From IMG/VR virus record IMGVR_UViG_3300037484_000445, positions 1 to 64,000 of that record: 64,000 nt of DNA; one strand, written 5' to 3'. Shown here in pieces: positions 55,042 through 64,000 of this stretch. The stretch comes from a virus. Lineage: Duplodnaviria; Heunggongvirae; Uroviricota; Caudoviricetes. The notes below the pieces were generated by a model. That model was given only the letters and a program-made list of their open reading frames with translations, searched no databases and had not been told where the DNA came from. Position numbers and translations under genes: made by a program. The first letter of the stretch is position 1, and the number at the start of each line of letters is the position of its first letter.

Positions 55042-56309
55042 AGATCAAACTATCCCTCAGTGCCTTGAATGAAGCTTTAGACCGAGTATCTGTTGTGAAG
55101 GCCTTTACTGGATCTAGCAAGATCGAAGCCTACTTGTTCACAGTCAAGGAAGGCCGTTGTCATATCCACTCGATGAACCTTGACACTATGGCAAGTCGCG
55201 TGGAAGTTCCTATTTTGGAGTCCGATTCCGACTTCAGCTTTGCCTATCCTTCGGACCGTGTTGCCGCCTTTAAGACGTTGGACGGCTGGATCGAGATCGA
55301 AGCGGGCAATACGGATACAGGGTTTTGGGTCAAGTACCTCACTGAGGGCGGTGCTTCCGCGGAACGTTCGACCTTTAGCTACAAGGGTTTGAACACGGTC
55401 GATATTCCTGATGAGACCCTGGCTAAGACGATGGTCTTCTCCACGGCCGTTCTAAAGGAGGCCCTCAATACGGCGGCTGAACCGATCGAGACCAATAGGG
55501 CCTCCAATGACTCGGAGAGCTCACACCTTCAGACGGTTCAGTTGTTTGACACCAGCCAGGATGATTGGGCTAAGGGTGATGGGACTTGCTTTGGTACCAA
55601 TGACGGGAATCGAAGCAACTACTTTCACAGTCCTAGTTTGATGGGTAAGGGATTCGCCATCCACGCCTTGAAGCTCGGCACTTTCATCAGCTTCCTGAAC
55701 AAATGCGGGAAGTCCGTCAAGATCGCCGTCGGCGATGGCAAGACCTACGCTATCGATCAGGTCGTTGGTGAGGGCGGGGAAGTGAAAGATGGGGCGGTAT
55801 TCGTTTGGTCGCAGCACAAGAAGCTCCACGGTAAGTATCGCTATGTCGGGGCCAAGCAAGACAAATTGGTTTTGTTGACGCCCAGGGAACTCATTCTGAA
55901 AGCTCTTCGGCAGGTTCGCCTCGAGATGCAAGATGCCAACCAGAACAAAATCCGTCTGGTCTATTCGAATGGCACCATACGATTCTTGGGCGGCGTCAAT
56001 AAGGAGACTGTGAAGAGCGTTGAAGTTCCGGTCAGGGTGTTGAGTGATAGTCTCGAGGACAGCCACAAGGATAGTGGTGGGGAATTCAAGGCCAACGCCA
56101 ATGTCCTCTACTTCATCGACCTGTTCTCCGACAGCAAAGTCAATGAAGTCGAACTCCGCGTTACGGTGTCTGATACGGGAAAGAGGGCCTTCAAGACGAT
56201 CGAGAAGTTCTTCTTGAATGATAGCGGCAAGATCGAAATCTCCCCTGAGAGCGCCAAGGAGGCCTGCCACGAATGCCTAGTGACCCGGTTCATGATGGCC
56301 ATGGAATAG
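55038..56309 (+). CDS. DNA polymerase III beta sliding clamp-like protein (divergent)
   Basis: MKI.L....LNEAL..V, three-domain length, co-occurs with holA/holB/dnaX. Confidence 0.65.
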   Translation: MKIKLSLSALNEALDRVSVVKAFTGSSKIEAYLFTVKEGRCHIHSMNLDTMASRVEVPILESDSDFSFAYPSDRVAAFKTLDGWIEIEAGNTDTGFWVKYLTEGGASAERSTFSYKGLNTVDIPDETLAKTMVFSTAVLKEALNTAAEPIETNRASNDSESSHLQTVQLFDTSQDDWAKGDGTCFGTNDGNRSNYFHSPSLMGKGFAIHALKLGTFISFLNKCGKSVKIAVGDGKTYAIDQVVGEGGEVKDGAVFVWSQHKKLHGKYRYVGAKQDKLVLLTPRELILKALRQVRLEMQDANQNKIRLVYSNGTIRFLGGVNKETVKSVEVPVRVLSDSLEDSHKDSGGEFKANANVLYFIDLFSDSKVNEVELRVTVSDTGKRAFKTIEKFFLNDSGKIEISPESAKEACHECLVTRFMMAME

Positions 56310-56965
56310 CGAGCCTTGAAGCTCGTGTCCTAAAGGTCTTGGAATCTCGGACACGTCTTACAACCCTTCGAGATCAACTGGCGAACGACTTAGTTTCTAA
56401 GGAAGCTGAGGTCGTTCGCCTCACCAATGAATTGGACGTCCTAACAAAGGTGACGGAGTTGTTCCGCCACCTTATGGACCAGCTGATCGACAAGCAAGTA
56501 AAAGTGGTCGAGCGAGTGGCCACCGAAGGCCTACAAACGGTCTTTCCTGACTTGAATTTGAGTCTTGAGGCTGAAGTTGAGCCTAAGTACAACAAGATTT
56601 CGGTGGATTTCTTCTTCCGGCGGGGGCCTAAAGGTCATCGTGGATCACACCGGGGACATCCCTTATCGTCTTTCGGTGGGGGGCCCGCGTCCGTGGTGTC
56701 TTTGATTCTGCGAGTGCTAACTGTTAAGAAGCTAAACTTGGCGCCGTGCCTAATACTGGATGAATCCCTGGGGGCAGTTTCCCCAGAGTACATCGAATCA
56801 ACAAGCCAATTCATCGGGGCTTTAGCCGAGAAATTAGGGTTTGATATCCTATTGGTCACGCATAAGCCAAGTTTCTTGGCCCACGCAAAACACTCCTACC
56901 GTTGCCAGGAAGATCTTGAGGATGACGGTGTATCCACTCATTTGTCACTAAAGAGGATCTCGTGA
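56273..56965 (+). CDS. SbcC/Rad50-like ATPase, C-terminal half
   Basis: coiled coil, FGGG signature, LILDES Walker B, LVTH H-loop. Confidence 0.85.
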   Translation: MPSDPVHDGHGIASLEARVLKVLESRTRLTTLRDQLANDLVSKEAEVVRLTNELDVLTKVTELFRHLMDQLIDKQVKVVERVATEGLQTVFPDLNLSLEAEVEPKYNKISVDFFFRRGPKGHRGSHRGHPLSSFGGGPASVVSLILRVLTVKKLNLAPCLILDESLGAVSPEYIESTSQFIGALAEKLGFDILLVTHKPSFLAHAKHSYRCQEDLEDDGVSTHLSLKRIS

Positions 56966-57507
56966 AAAACCCCGAAGAGATTCGAGCCAGGGCTCGGTGG
57001 TACATCGAAACCGAGTTGGAACGGCGCCTTAGCCAGGCAAGCCGCCGACTGCCGGTATTATGCCAACATAACCACCGTCAAGCTTTGGATACCCGAAAAC
57101 ACGTAGAAGGGGAGCCCAACCCCGACTACAACAAGCAAACTGGCCCAACGATAGGGTTGTGCATGTTGGGTTCAGATGGGATCATTTGGCAGGGTACCGT
57201 CTGCGAAGACGATATCGATGCTCAGACTTGTGCCTATTTCTCCCCGATTGCTACGAAAGATAGTGTGTTAGCACAATTTCGTGAGGAGTTAGCCGACATC
57301 TCTTGGGTTGAAGCTAACATGCCTACGTTGTACGAGCTCCTTTGGGTGTTGAGTGACTTCACACCACCAGCGCCCAGGCTTTGGTTCAAGCTCTGGTGCT
57401 TCTTCATGCGCATTAAGCTTGAGCCAGTTCGACCTCGGTTGAACCCAGTCGATATGCTAGACGGTTTCACTGAGGCTCCGAGCAGAGAGGTCCAGCCTCC
57501 GGGCTAG
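56962..57507 (+). CDS. hypothetical Cys-rich protein
   Basis: 181 aa, overlapping stop/start. Confidence 0.6.
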   Translation: MKNPEEIRARARWYIETELERRLSQASRRLPVLCQHNHRQALDTRKHVEGEPNPDYNKQTGPTIGLCMLGSDGIIWQGTVCEDDIDAQTCAYFSPIATKDSVLAQFREELADISWVEANMPTLYELLWVLSDFTPPAPRLWFKLWCFFMRIKLEPVRPRLNPVDMLDGFTEAPSREVQPPG

Positions 57508-57514
57508 GTCACTT

Positions 57515-58144
57515 ATGTCCATGAAACTGTCGATTCTTGAGCGTCTTCTAACCGTAGGCCGGCATCGCCCTCATCTTCATCCTGAGGTTTTGGATTTTGC
57601 TCCCCCGGTGGCGATGCAGTACCCGACGACCCATGATGAGGGACCTTGGGTCACATCCCTTTCTAAGGGGCGTTTTACCCGAACTAGGGCCAATCTCGAG
57701 GGCTACGTAGGGCAAGCTTTTCATACTTGCCCTATCGAGGAGGAAGACCGCCTGTTTGCCAACTTCTATGAGGACCTTTGGAAGATCTCCTCGGAGGCCG
57801 GATGGTCTAACCGTTGCATTTCAATCGAGGACGCCTTTCGGCAGATGAACGGTACCGGCTACGAGGGACGTGTGTTGGTGGTGCCCTATGCTTCTTTGCG
57901 TGAAGCTGTGGGTAAAGATTTGTCTGAGGAAGAAGCTGAACAAATCAGCCTTGCCAAGGGTTGTGTGGCTGAGGTGCAGGGTGTGAAGGTCATTTCGGCT
58001 CGAAGTTCTTTACCTGTGGGCTCAGCTGTATTGGCCACCGTAAAATCTTTGACGGGATACTACACAAGAGTCCGTGACCATGTTGGTGTAACGATCCTTC
58101 ACGCGGATCGATCGCTGATTTTGGTCGGACATGAAGTGGCTTGA
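57515..58144 (+). CDS. hypothetical protein
   Basis: 209 aa ORF. Confidence 0.6.
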   Translation: MSMKLSILERLLTVGRHRPHLHPEVLDFAPPVAMQYPTTHDEGPWVTSLSKGRFTRTRANLEGYVGQAFHTCPIEEEDRLFANFYEDLWKISSEAGWSNRCISIEDAFRQMNGTGYEGRVLVVPYASLREAVGKDLSEEEAEQISLAKGCVAEVQGVKVISARSSLPVGSAVLATVKSLTGYYTRVRDHVGVTILHADRSLILVGHEVA

Positions 58145-58850
58145 AACCTTAGTCCAATACGCTCACGCTAATCTCCAAGGCGACCGTGAACTGGAGGCCT
58201 TGTGGGAACGGGGAGCGTCTGATGAACAAATCCGAGATTTTCGGATAGGTTACCTGGACAAACAGCTCCCGCTCCTTCAAAATGCCCAGGAGTTCTATTC
58301 CTGGTATGGGTTCAACAAGTCAAAGTTGTTGGACGTGTTCGTTTTTCCCTTGACGAACGCCCTCGGTCAGGTGAAAGGTCTACAGTTTCGAAGGGTTGAA
58401 CGTAGAGCCAAAGGATACCTCGACTACCTCCCGGTTAAGGACGAACCCGCCTTCTTTGGGTTGAGTCAAGCCATGCCTCATGTGTGGAAGACTCGGACTA
58501 TCTGTTTAGTCGAAGGAGCTTTCGACCATTTTCCCGTGCAACGAGTCTTCCCGAACACCGTACCCACTATGACCTCAAGTGTTTCCACAGCCTTTTACAG
58601 ATTTCTGCGACGTAATGTGCAAGAGGTGTGGTTCTGCTACGATATGGATTCTGCCGGTAGAAAAGGTGTGTGGGAATTCCTCGAGAGTTACCGATTGGAA
58701 TTCAAGCGAATATTGCACCCTCAACTCCCCAGACTTGTGGCTGTGAACGGTCGCCTCACTAAGGATCCCGGTGAGCTGTGGGAGTGCCTAGGGGACGATC
58801 AGTTCCGTATGCGTCTGAAAACTGCGTTCGAAGGAGTCTGTTATGCCTAG
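58131..58850 (+). CDS. DnaG-like primase catalytic core (TOPRIM), no Zn-binding domain
   Basis: F.IGY, FPL.N..G.V.G..R, VEGAFD, YDMDSAG, KDPGE. Confidence 0.85.
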   Translation: MKWLETLVQYAHANLQGDRELEALWERGASDEQIRDFRIGYLDKQLPLLQNAQEFYSWYGFNKSKLLDVFVFPLTNALGQVKGLQFRRVERRAKGYLDYLPVKDEPAFFGLSQAMPHVWKTRTICLVEGAFDHFPVQRVFPNTVPTMTSSVSTAFYRFLRRNVQEVWFCYDMDSAGRKGVWEFLESYRLEFKRILHPQLPRLVAVNGRLTKDPGELWECLGDDQFRMRLKTAFEGVCYA

Positions 58851-59340
58851 AGAATGGTCAAAAGCTGATGATGCAATTGAGCGTATGGCCGAGGGCCTGA
58901 TCGCCAATTACCACCCCGAGCTGTCCACCGCTCGAATCATGTACGTGTTCATCTCTGAGGCCCCGAGTAAAGGTGGCCACAAGCTGTATGGAAAGGTATC
59001 CAAAGCGTCAGGCTTTTTGGAGTGGGCTTTGGAGCAAGACTTCATAGTGATGATCTCCGGGGACATCTGGAACACGAGTGAGTCCCACGAGCGTACTGCA
59101 ATTCTTGATCATCTCTTGGAGCGTTGTACTGGCGAAGAAGATGAAAAGGACGCTTCCATGAGCTGGAAGATCCGAGAACCTGACGTTCAGGAGTTCTCTT
59201 CGATCCTTGATCGTCATGGCGCTTGGAATACAACCTTAGCTGGCTTCATTTCCGTTGCGAAGAAGGTTGACCTTTCGGGATTTGAAGAGAACAGTGAAAA
59301 GGGCGTCGACCTAACTACTGTTGAAACCACGGAGGGCTGA
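58843..59340 (+). CDS. putative phage metallopeptidase-like protein (degenerate motif)
   Basis: AILDHLLERC, EPDVQEF..I..RHG.W. Confidence 0.6.
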   Translation: MPREWSKADDAIERMAEGLIANYHPELSTARIMYVFISEAPSKGGHKLYGKVSKASGFLEWALEQDFIVMISGDIWNTSESHERTAILDHLLERCTGEEDEKDASMSWKIREPDVQEFSSILDRHGAWNTTLAGFISVAKKVDLSGFEENSEKGVDLTTVETTEG

Positions 59341-59345
59341 GCACC

Positions 59346-60782
59346 GTGTGGGATGTAAGATACCGTCCAATGTGTTTTGGTGATGTCCTTGGACAGGATG
59401 GAGCCGTCAAGGTTCTTAAGTCTCGCCTCGAGAAGGGCACGGCAACGGACACCTCTTACATCTTCAGTGGTGGAGCGGGCCGCGGTAAAACGACGCTTGC
59501 TCGTATCTTGGGTAGATCCCTGTTGTGCCAGCAGCTAACACCCGAATCTGAACCGTGCAACCAGTGTGACAACTGTAGGGACGCCCTAAGCGAGACGTCT
59601 TCGATTCTTTCGGAGATGGATGCGGCTAGTCGTGGCACCATTGAACACACTAGAGCCATTGTTGATAGCTTGGCTTTTGGCGTTCAAGGGGCGTCCAAAA
59701 AGGTCTACATCATCGACGAGGTACATCGTATGGGTCGGGACGCCCAGGATGTGCTGCTGAAACCCATTGAGGACAAACAATTAGTCTGTATTTTCTGCAC
59801 GACGGAGCCTGAGAAGATCCGGGGCCCTATTCGATCCCGTTGTGAAGAGTACAAGATCCGTAAAATAACGCGTGAGGATGTCCTTAAGCGTATGGCTTGG
59901 ATTCTGAACCGCGAGAAGATTGAGTACGAGCCTGATGCCATCCTTATCGTGATAGACCATTCAGGCGGTCATGTTCGAGATGTCATCAACAAGTTGGAGA
60001 TGATCGCTCAGTTGGGCCCTGTCTCTGTAGAGGCCGTTCGAGATAACTTGAACTTGTCGGCTGTCTCAACGTACTATCAAATCCTTTTGGCTCTAGGTAA
60101 TCCGAGTGAGGCCATACGCTTAGCTGAAGAAGCCTGTGATCGTGTGGGACATGAAGAGGTATCGGAAGGCTTGGCTGAGGCAGCCATGAACTCCTACCGA
60201 CTAGCCCACAAAATGGAATCCGAGTTCTCCTACTTTGATCGAGACTTGGCCATTAGGGTCTATGACGCTTACAAGGATGCAACTGTTCGTCTAGCCGAGT
60301 ACTTTCTTCGCTCCTACAAGGTCTCGAGGATGAGCCTTTTTGGTGACATATTGGCCTGCCATTCGGGCGTTCCAACCCCGAAATCTGAGGCTTCAGTCAC
60401 TATCAGCGTCGCGGCCCCTGTGGTGGCTCCTGTGGCGTCACTTCCTGCTTCGTCTCCGGCAGCCCTTGTAGAAGACGAGAAAACGCCAGAACCTGTGACT
60501 TCAGCGCCTGTGGCGCCGTCTCAGCCCGCACCTAGTCCGCAACCAGCGACACCCCCGCCACTGGGGTCCAATCTTCGAGCTGACAAGGTAGGTAATCTCG
60601 GTTCTGGCGATCCTGAAGCCCTCACTTCGATTGACATTCACACAGTACCTATAGACCCTCCTCGAGGGCACGAACCTGAAATTCCTATTCGATCCACAGT
60701 TTCGAAGGAAAAGTTTCTTACCGCCGACGAGTGGAAGGCCAAGTTTTCTCAACGTTTAGAGGCAGCCTCTTGGGGTAAATAA
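59346..60782 (+). CDS. dnaX: DNA polymerase III gamma/tau (clamp-loader ATPase)
   Basis: YRP..F..VLGQ, GRGKTTLAR, PCNQCDNC, EMDAAS, IIDEVH, IRSRC. Confidence 0.95.
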   Translation: MWDVRYRPMCFGDVLGQDGAVKVLKSRLEKGTATDTSYIFSGGAGRGKTTLARILGRSLLCQQLTPESEPCNQCDNCRDALSETSSILSEMDAASRGTIEHTRAIVDSLAFGVQGASKKVYIIDEVHRMGRDAQDVLLKPIEDKQLVCIFCTTEPEKIRGPIRSRCEEYKIRKITREDVLKRMAWILNREKIEYEPDAILIVIDHSGGHVRDVINKLEMIAQLGPVSVEAVRDNLNLSAVSTYYQILLALGNPSEAIRLAEEACDRVGHEEVSEGLAEAAMNSYRLAHKMESEFSYFDRDLAIRVYDAYKDATVRLAEYFLRSYKVSRMSLFGDILACHSGVPTPKSEASVTISVAAPVVAPVASLPASSPAALVEDEKTPEPVTSAPVAPSQPAPSPQPATPPPLGSNLRADKVGNLGSGDPEALTSIDIHTVPIDPPRGHEPEIPIRSTVSKEKFLTADEWKAKFSQRLEAASWGK

Positions 60783-62609
60783 GTGGGGCTGTGGGTTGTA
60801 CTAGAGACAGTCGTACGTAGTGAACAGCCCGATCCGGAAGCTGTTCGTAAGGCTATTTCGCGTGTATTGCCAGGCACTGAAGTGTTCGTGCCAGCAGCTG
60901 TATCTCAAGTAGGATCGGATAGAGTCACATCGTACTTGCTTGAGGGGTATGTCTTCGTTCGTTACGATCGATCGGCTTCCGATTATTTCAAGCTCGACGG
61001 TACAAAGTACATTCAGAACGTTCTTCTGTCTCCGGGCAGCCAAAACCGAAACAAACGCATCTCGACGGTGGATGATGTCCACGTCTTGAAGATGCGCGAG
61101 CAGATCAAGCAGCTCGTCGACAAGGGTATCAGCATAGGTGATACCGTGATGATCACCTCGGGCCCCTATCGGAACATGACCGCTGTTGTACTCGAGGATT
61201 TTCCCGAGGAGAACAAGGTTCAGGTTCACATTGGCCTAAGGTCTAAGCAAAGTCTCATCTCCTTTCCACGGTCGTTTTTGACGGTCGTGTCAAAGTCCCC
61301 ACTTTCTTCAATCCTTAGCCACCTGAAGTCCTTACAGGATTGGGTCAAAATTGTTGAGCCGATCCTGACTTGGGAAGCTTCAGTGGAACCTCTACAGCGG
61401 TCGTATAGGGCTTACATACGATCCGTGGAGTTTTTCGATCGTTCCATCAATTCCATCTGGTTTAGGATGTTCTCGAGTATGGTTCCTAACTACTTGGTAG
61501 CCATCAATACTCGGATGGGATCTTTGACTCGTTGGGAAAATGCACCCGAACGCTTGAGTCATCTTACGACCTTTGTTCACGTCTATGAGAGCCGAGAAAC
61601 AGCGGAACTCCTGAAGAAGCTTCGGGCTAAAATGAACCGCCTTGTTTGGCTTGAAAGTGTCTTGAACCGTATTCAAACCCTGTGGAACGATGTGGACAAG
61701 CTTTCCAAGTCTCTTGCCAGAAAAGATAAAGGTAGGGTCATGAATCACAATGTGTTGGTGGATGGACACAATCTGGCTTTTCGCTGTCTTTATGCTCCGG
61801 GTATAGCGGACCTGAGGGACAGCCAGAGTAGACCTACTGGGATGATTTTAGGTGTTCTACGGAGCTTAGCGTCCCTCAAGAAGCGATTCCCGGATGCTAC
61901 CCTTATGGTGGCTTGGGATGGATCCTCTCAACGACGTAAGCGGAAATTCTCTGAGTATAAGGCCAACCGTAAAGCTCACGAAGTCGTTGCAGAGGGGGCG
62001 TTTGATCCCTTAGGGTTCATCAAAGTAATTCTACCTCTTTTAGGGGTACCTCAAATTTGGAATCCTAAGGAAGAAGCCGACGATGTCATCGCTACCTTAG
62101 TGAAAGGTAAGCTAAAGGGTGACATAAACATAGTTTTCTCTACAGACCGAGATTTACTGCAATTGGTGACCCCCACAACACACCTGTTGGTGCCGCCTGT
62201 TGGTAGTCGGAACGAGATCCTGTTTGATCCAGAGGCAGTTCAGGAGGCTATGGGGGTACCTCCAAACAAAGTTGTGGAACTTCGGGCGCTCTATGGAGAC
62301 ACATCGGACAACATCCCTGGCGTGCCTCGAGTGCCGAAAAAAGTGCTTAAAGACCTCATTCAGGCACATGGTTCTGTGGATGGTTTGTACCGTTCAGGGC
62401 TGGCAGGGCTAAACAAGGGTCAATATGAAAGGTTGCGTTCTGCGGAACCTCAAGTCAGAATCAACTTGGATCTGGCGACCTTGGTTGACGTGGTCGTCTC
62501 TACCACCCCCTCAGATGTGGACCCTGACCGCGCAACAACGTTGTTGCGCGAGCTGGACATAAACCCCAGTAGTCTTCTCGACGTCTTTTTTGGGAACTTA
62601 CCACCATGA
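60783..62609 (+). CDS. NusG-like (NGN+KOW) domain fused to a PolI-type 5'-3' exonuclease/flap endonuclease
   Basis: LLEGYVFV, GDTVMITSGPY (KOW); VDGHNL, WDG, YKANR, EADDVIA, TDRDL, GDTSDNIPGV. Confidence 0.88.
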   Translation: MGLWVVLETVVRSEQPDPEAVRKAISRVLPGTEVFVPAAVSQVGSDRVTSYLLEGYVFVRYDRSASDYFKLDGTKYIQNVLLSPGSQNRNKRISTVDDVHVLKMREQIKQLVDKGISIGDTVMITSGPYRNMTAVVLEDFPEENKVQVHIGLRSKQSLISFPRSFLTVVSKSPLSSILSHLKSLQDWVKIVEPILTWEASVEPLQRSYRAYIRSVEFFDRSINSIWFRMFSSMVPNYLVAINTRMGSLTRWENAPERLSHLTTFVHVYESRETAELLKKLRAKMNRLVWLESVLNRIQTLWNDVDKLSKSLARKDKGRVMNHNVLVDGHNLAFRCLYAPGIADLRDSQSRPTGMILGVLRSLASLKKRFPDATLMVAWDGSSQRRKRKFSEYKANRKAHEVVAEGAFDPLGFIKVILPLLGVPQIWNPKEEADDVIATLVKGKLKGDINIVFSTDRDLLQLVTPTTHLLVPPVGSRNEILFDPEAVQEAMGVPPNKVVELRALYGDTSDNIPGVPRVPKKVLKDLIQAHGSVDGLYRSGLAGLNKGQYERLRSAEPQVRINLDLATLVDVVVSTTPSDVDPDRATTLLRELDINPSSLLDVFFGNLPP

Positions 62610-63343
62610 GTTCAGGCTATGTCATCCCCACAAACCCTCTGGAATTGGCCTCTCGCGTACAGTACCATGATCCTAGGTTTGAGGAGGATGACGAGGAGTA
62701 CCTCGATCCGGAAGAAGCCGAGGTTCGAAACGTAAGCCTTGATACTTTTGCCAGCTACTTTCCAGACGGGGACTACGAGAGTCGTATCGTCCCTTTGTTG
62801 GATCGCATCCCTGAGCGCGAGGCCGACTTCATTGAGATGTACTTTTTGCAGAAGAAGATCCAGGCGGACATAGCCCAGATCTTCGGGGTGACTCAGGCAG
62901 CTGTTAGTTATCGTCTAGTCCGTGGTGTGAAGCGTCTCAAGTTCCTGATCACCATCCCACAGGTGACCGAAGAAGAACTTAGGGCTGACTTACCTAAGAT
63001 TTTCCCAGCTAGATTAGGGTGTCCCGTTTGCGAACGTTCTTCGAACAGAGATTGCCCCGTGTGTCATGGATCTAGGATCATACTTTTAGATGTTGAGATC
63101 CTAGTAGGTATGTGGGGGATCACCTGCCAATCGAAAGTGGCTGACAAGTTAGGCCTGACTCAGGGGAGAGTCAGGCACCGCTTTTTTAGGGCTGTAGGGA
63201 CCCTGGCGTCGGCGGCAAAGGTGGACGAACGGTTCTTGCCCTACCACCAGATATTTAGCATTATGTCCTCTAAGAAGTTCAACATCCTTCATGAGGTACG
63301 CCTTCCGCAGTGGGCGGATCGTGGCGTGGATGAATGCGCCTAA
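62606..63343 (+). CDS. sigma-70 region-4-like double-HTH protein with Zn-ribbon insert
   Basis: IPERE..QADIAQIFGVTQAAVSYR; CPVC..CPVCHGS; QSKVADKLGLTQGRVRHR. Confidence 0.7.
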   Translation: MSSGYVIPTNPLELASRVQYHDPRFEEDDEEYLDPEEAEVRNVSLDTFASYFPDGDYESRIVPLLDRIPEREADFIEMYFLQKKIQADIAQIFGVTQAAVSYRLVRGVKRLKFLITIPQVTEEELRADLPKIFPARLGCPVCERSSNRDCPVCHGSRIILLDVEILVGMWGITCQSKVADKLGLTQGRVRHRFFRAVGTLASAAKVDERFLPYHQIFSIMSSKKFNILHEVRLPQWADRGVDECA

Positions 63344-63415
63344 GCGGCTAGGTAAGGGGGTCAAAAAGTAGGCTTTTCTTCTTATAGCCTCACTGTTGAC
63401 GGAGGAGTCCATCCC

Positions 63416-64000
63416 TTGCCGATTTCCGCCGCCAACCTCAGTAACCAAGATTTAGGGTTCAGCCTGAACCTAAACGGTCGTGTTTGGAGGTGGAAGACCC
63501 GCATGGATGTGTCGGGTTTGACACCGACCTTCCAAATCATCGACATTCTGACCCCCTATGGGGTTTTTCGGGATGCCGTACCGCTTCCGGGGGAAGTCGT
63601 GCAGGCTATGAGCGATTCAATCGCTTCTTTGCTGGCCAACTTCCAGCCAAGCATACTCCTTGGACCACCGAGCTCTCTGGTCTTTACGGTGGACGAAGGT
63701 CGCGGATATTCACAGCCACTATCGGGTCGCCTTACAAATAATGGCGTCTTTGGTTCGTTGCTCAGTGGCACGTTGATTCCGTCGGCGCCTTATATCCACA
63801 TTTCCCCTGAGGTGGTGGGCCACCTGGCATCGAACCAGTACGGCTTGTTCGATGTCTCTGTGGATTCGACGGACTTGTTGGCGTCTTCCAGCCCCTACGC
63901 GGCGTCTATCACCGTTCAAGACACGTCGGCTTCAAATTCTCCCCAAACTCTGCCTGTGGTCATTAACGTTCGACCTTTGGCCATTGTTGCAGCAACTCCC
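63416..64000 (+). CDS. partial CDS running off the window; Ig/BACON-like virion protein
   Basis: GGAGGA SD plus TTG; open to the end; YAASITVQD..SNSPQTLPVVINV resembles BACON repeats. Confidence 0.65.
   Translation, partial: MPISAANLSNQDLGFSLNLNGRVWRWKTRMDVSGLTPTFQIIDILTPYGVFRDAVPLPGEVVQAMSDSIASLLANFQPSILLGPPSSLVFTVDEGRGYSQPLSGRLTNNGVFGSLLSGTLIPSAPYIHISPEVVGHLASNQYGLFDVSVDSTDLLASSSPYAASITVQDTSASNSPQTLPVVINVRPLAIVAATP

Overview
A 64 kb segment of a large (jumbo/huge-type) bacteriophage genome, or a phage-like element, read in the standard genetic code and almost entirely on the + strand. (1) 1-7 kb: a GATC-rich repeat tract, two sigma-factor-like genes, a DNA methyltransferase, a GIY-YIG nuclease and a virion-like protein. 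(2) 7.1-27.5 kb: a very large tRNA array (about 50 tRNAs, all 20 amino acids) plus tmRNA, preceded by an attenuator-like leader. The array is interleaved with free-standing endonucleases, a three-gene two-component system and a five-gene operon (Ro60/TROVE-like vWA protein, E2-like, JAB, ubiquitin-like, E1/ThiF). (3) 27.5-38 kb: HNH proteins, vWA, DEDDh exonuclease, GroEL and a long repeat protein. (4) 38-64 kb: a replication/recombination block (HolB, HolA, NrdJ, LigA, ThyX, RecD2, SSB-like, RuvC, RecA, split SbcC plus SbcD, clamp, primase, DnaX, NusG-5' nuclease fusion). The most striking signal is a family of nine tRNA-chimeric ncRNAs sharing one non-tRNA module (helix / internal loop ending CUC / helix / ACA(A/C)GC). 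The module is attached to tRNA bodies in three topologies, including circularly permuted tRNAs with a closed acceptor stem. Four of the nine lie directly downstream of the Ro-like/ubiquitin-conjugation operon, suggesting a phage Y-RNA-like tRNA-decoy system coupled to ubiquitin-like tagging. All calls were made by eye from motifs and base-pairing; no searches were run.
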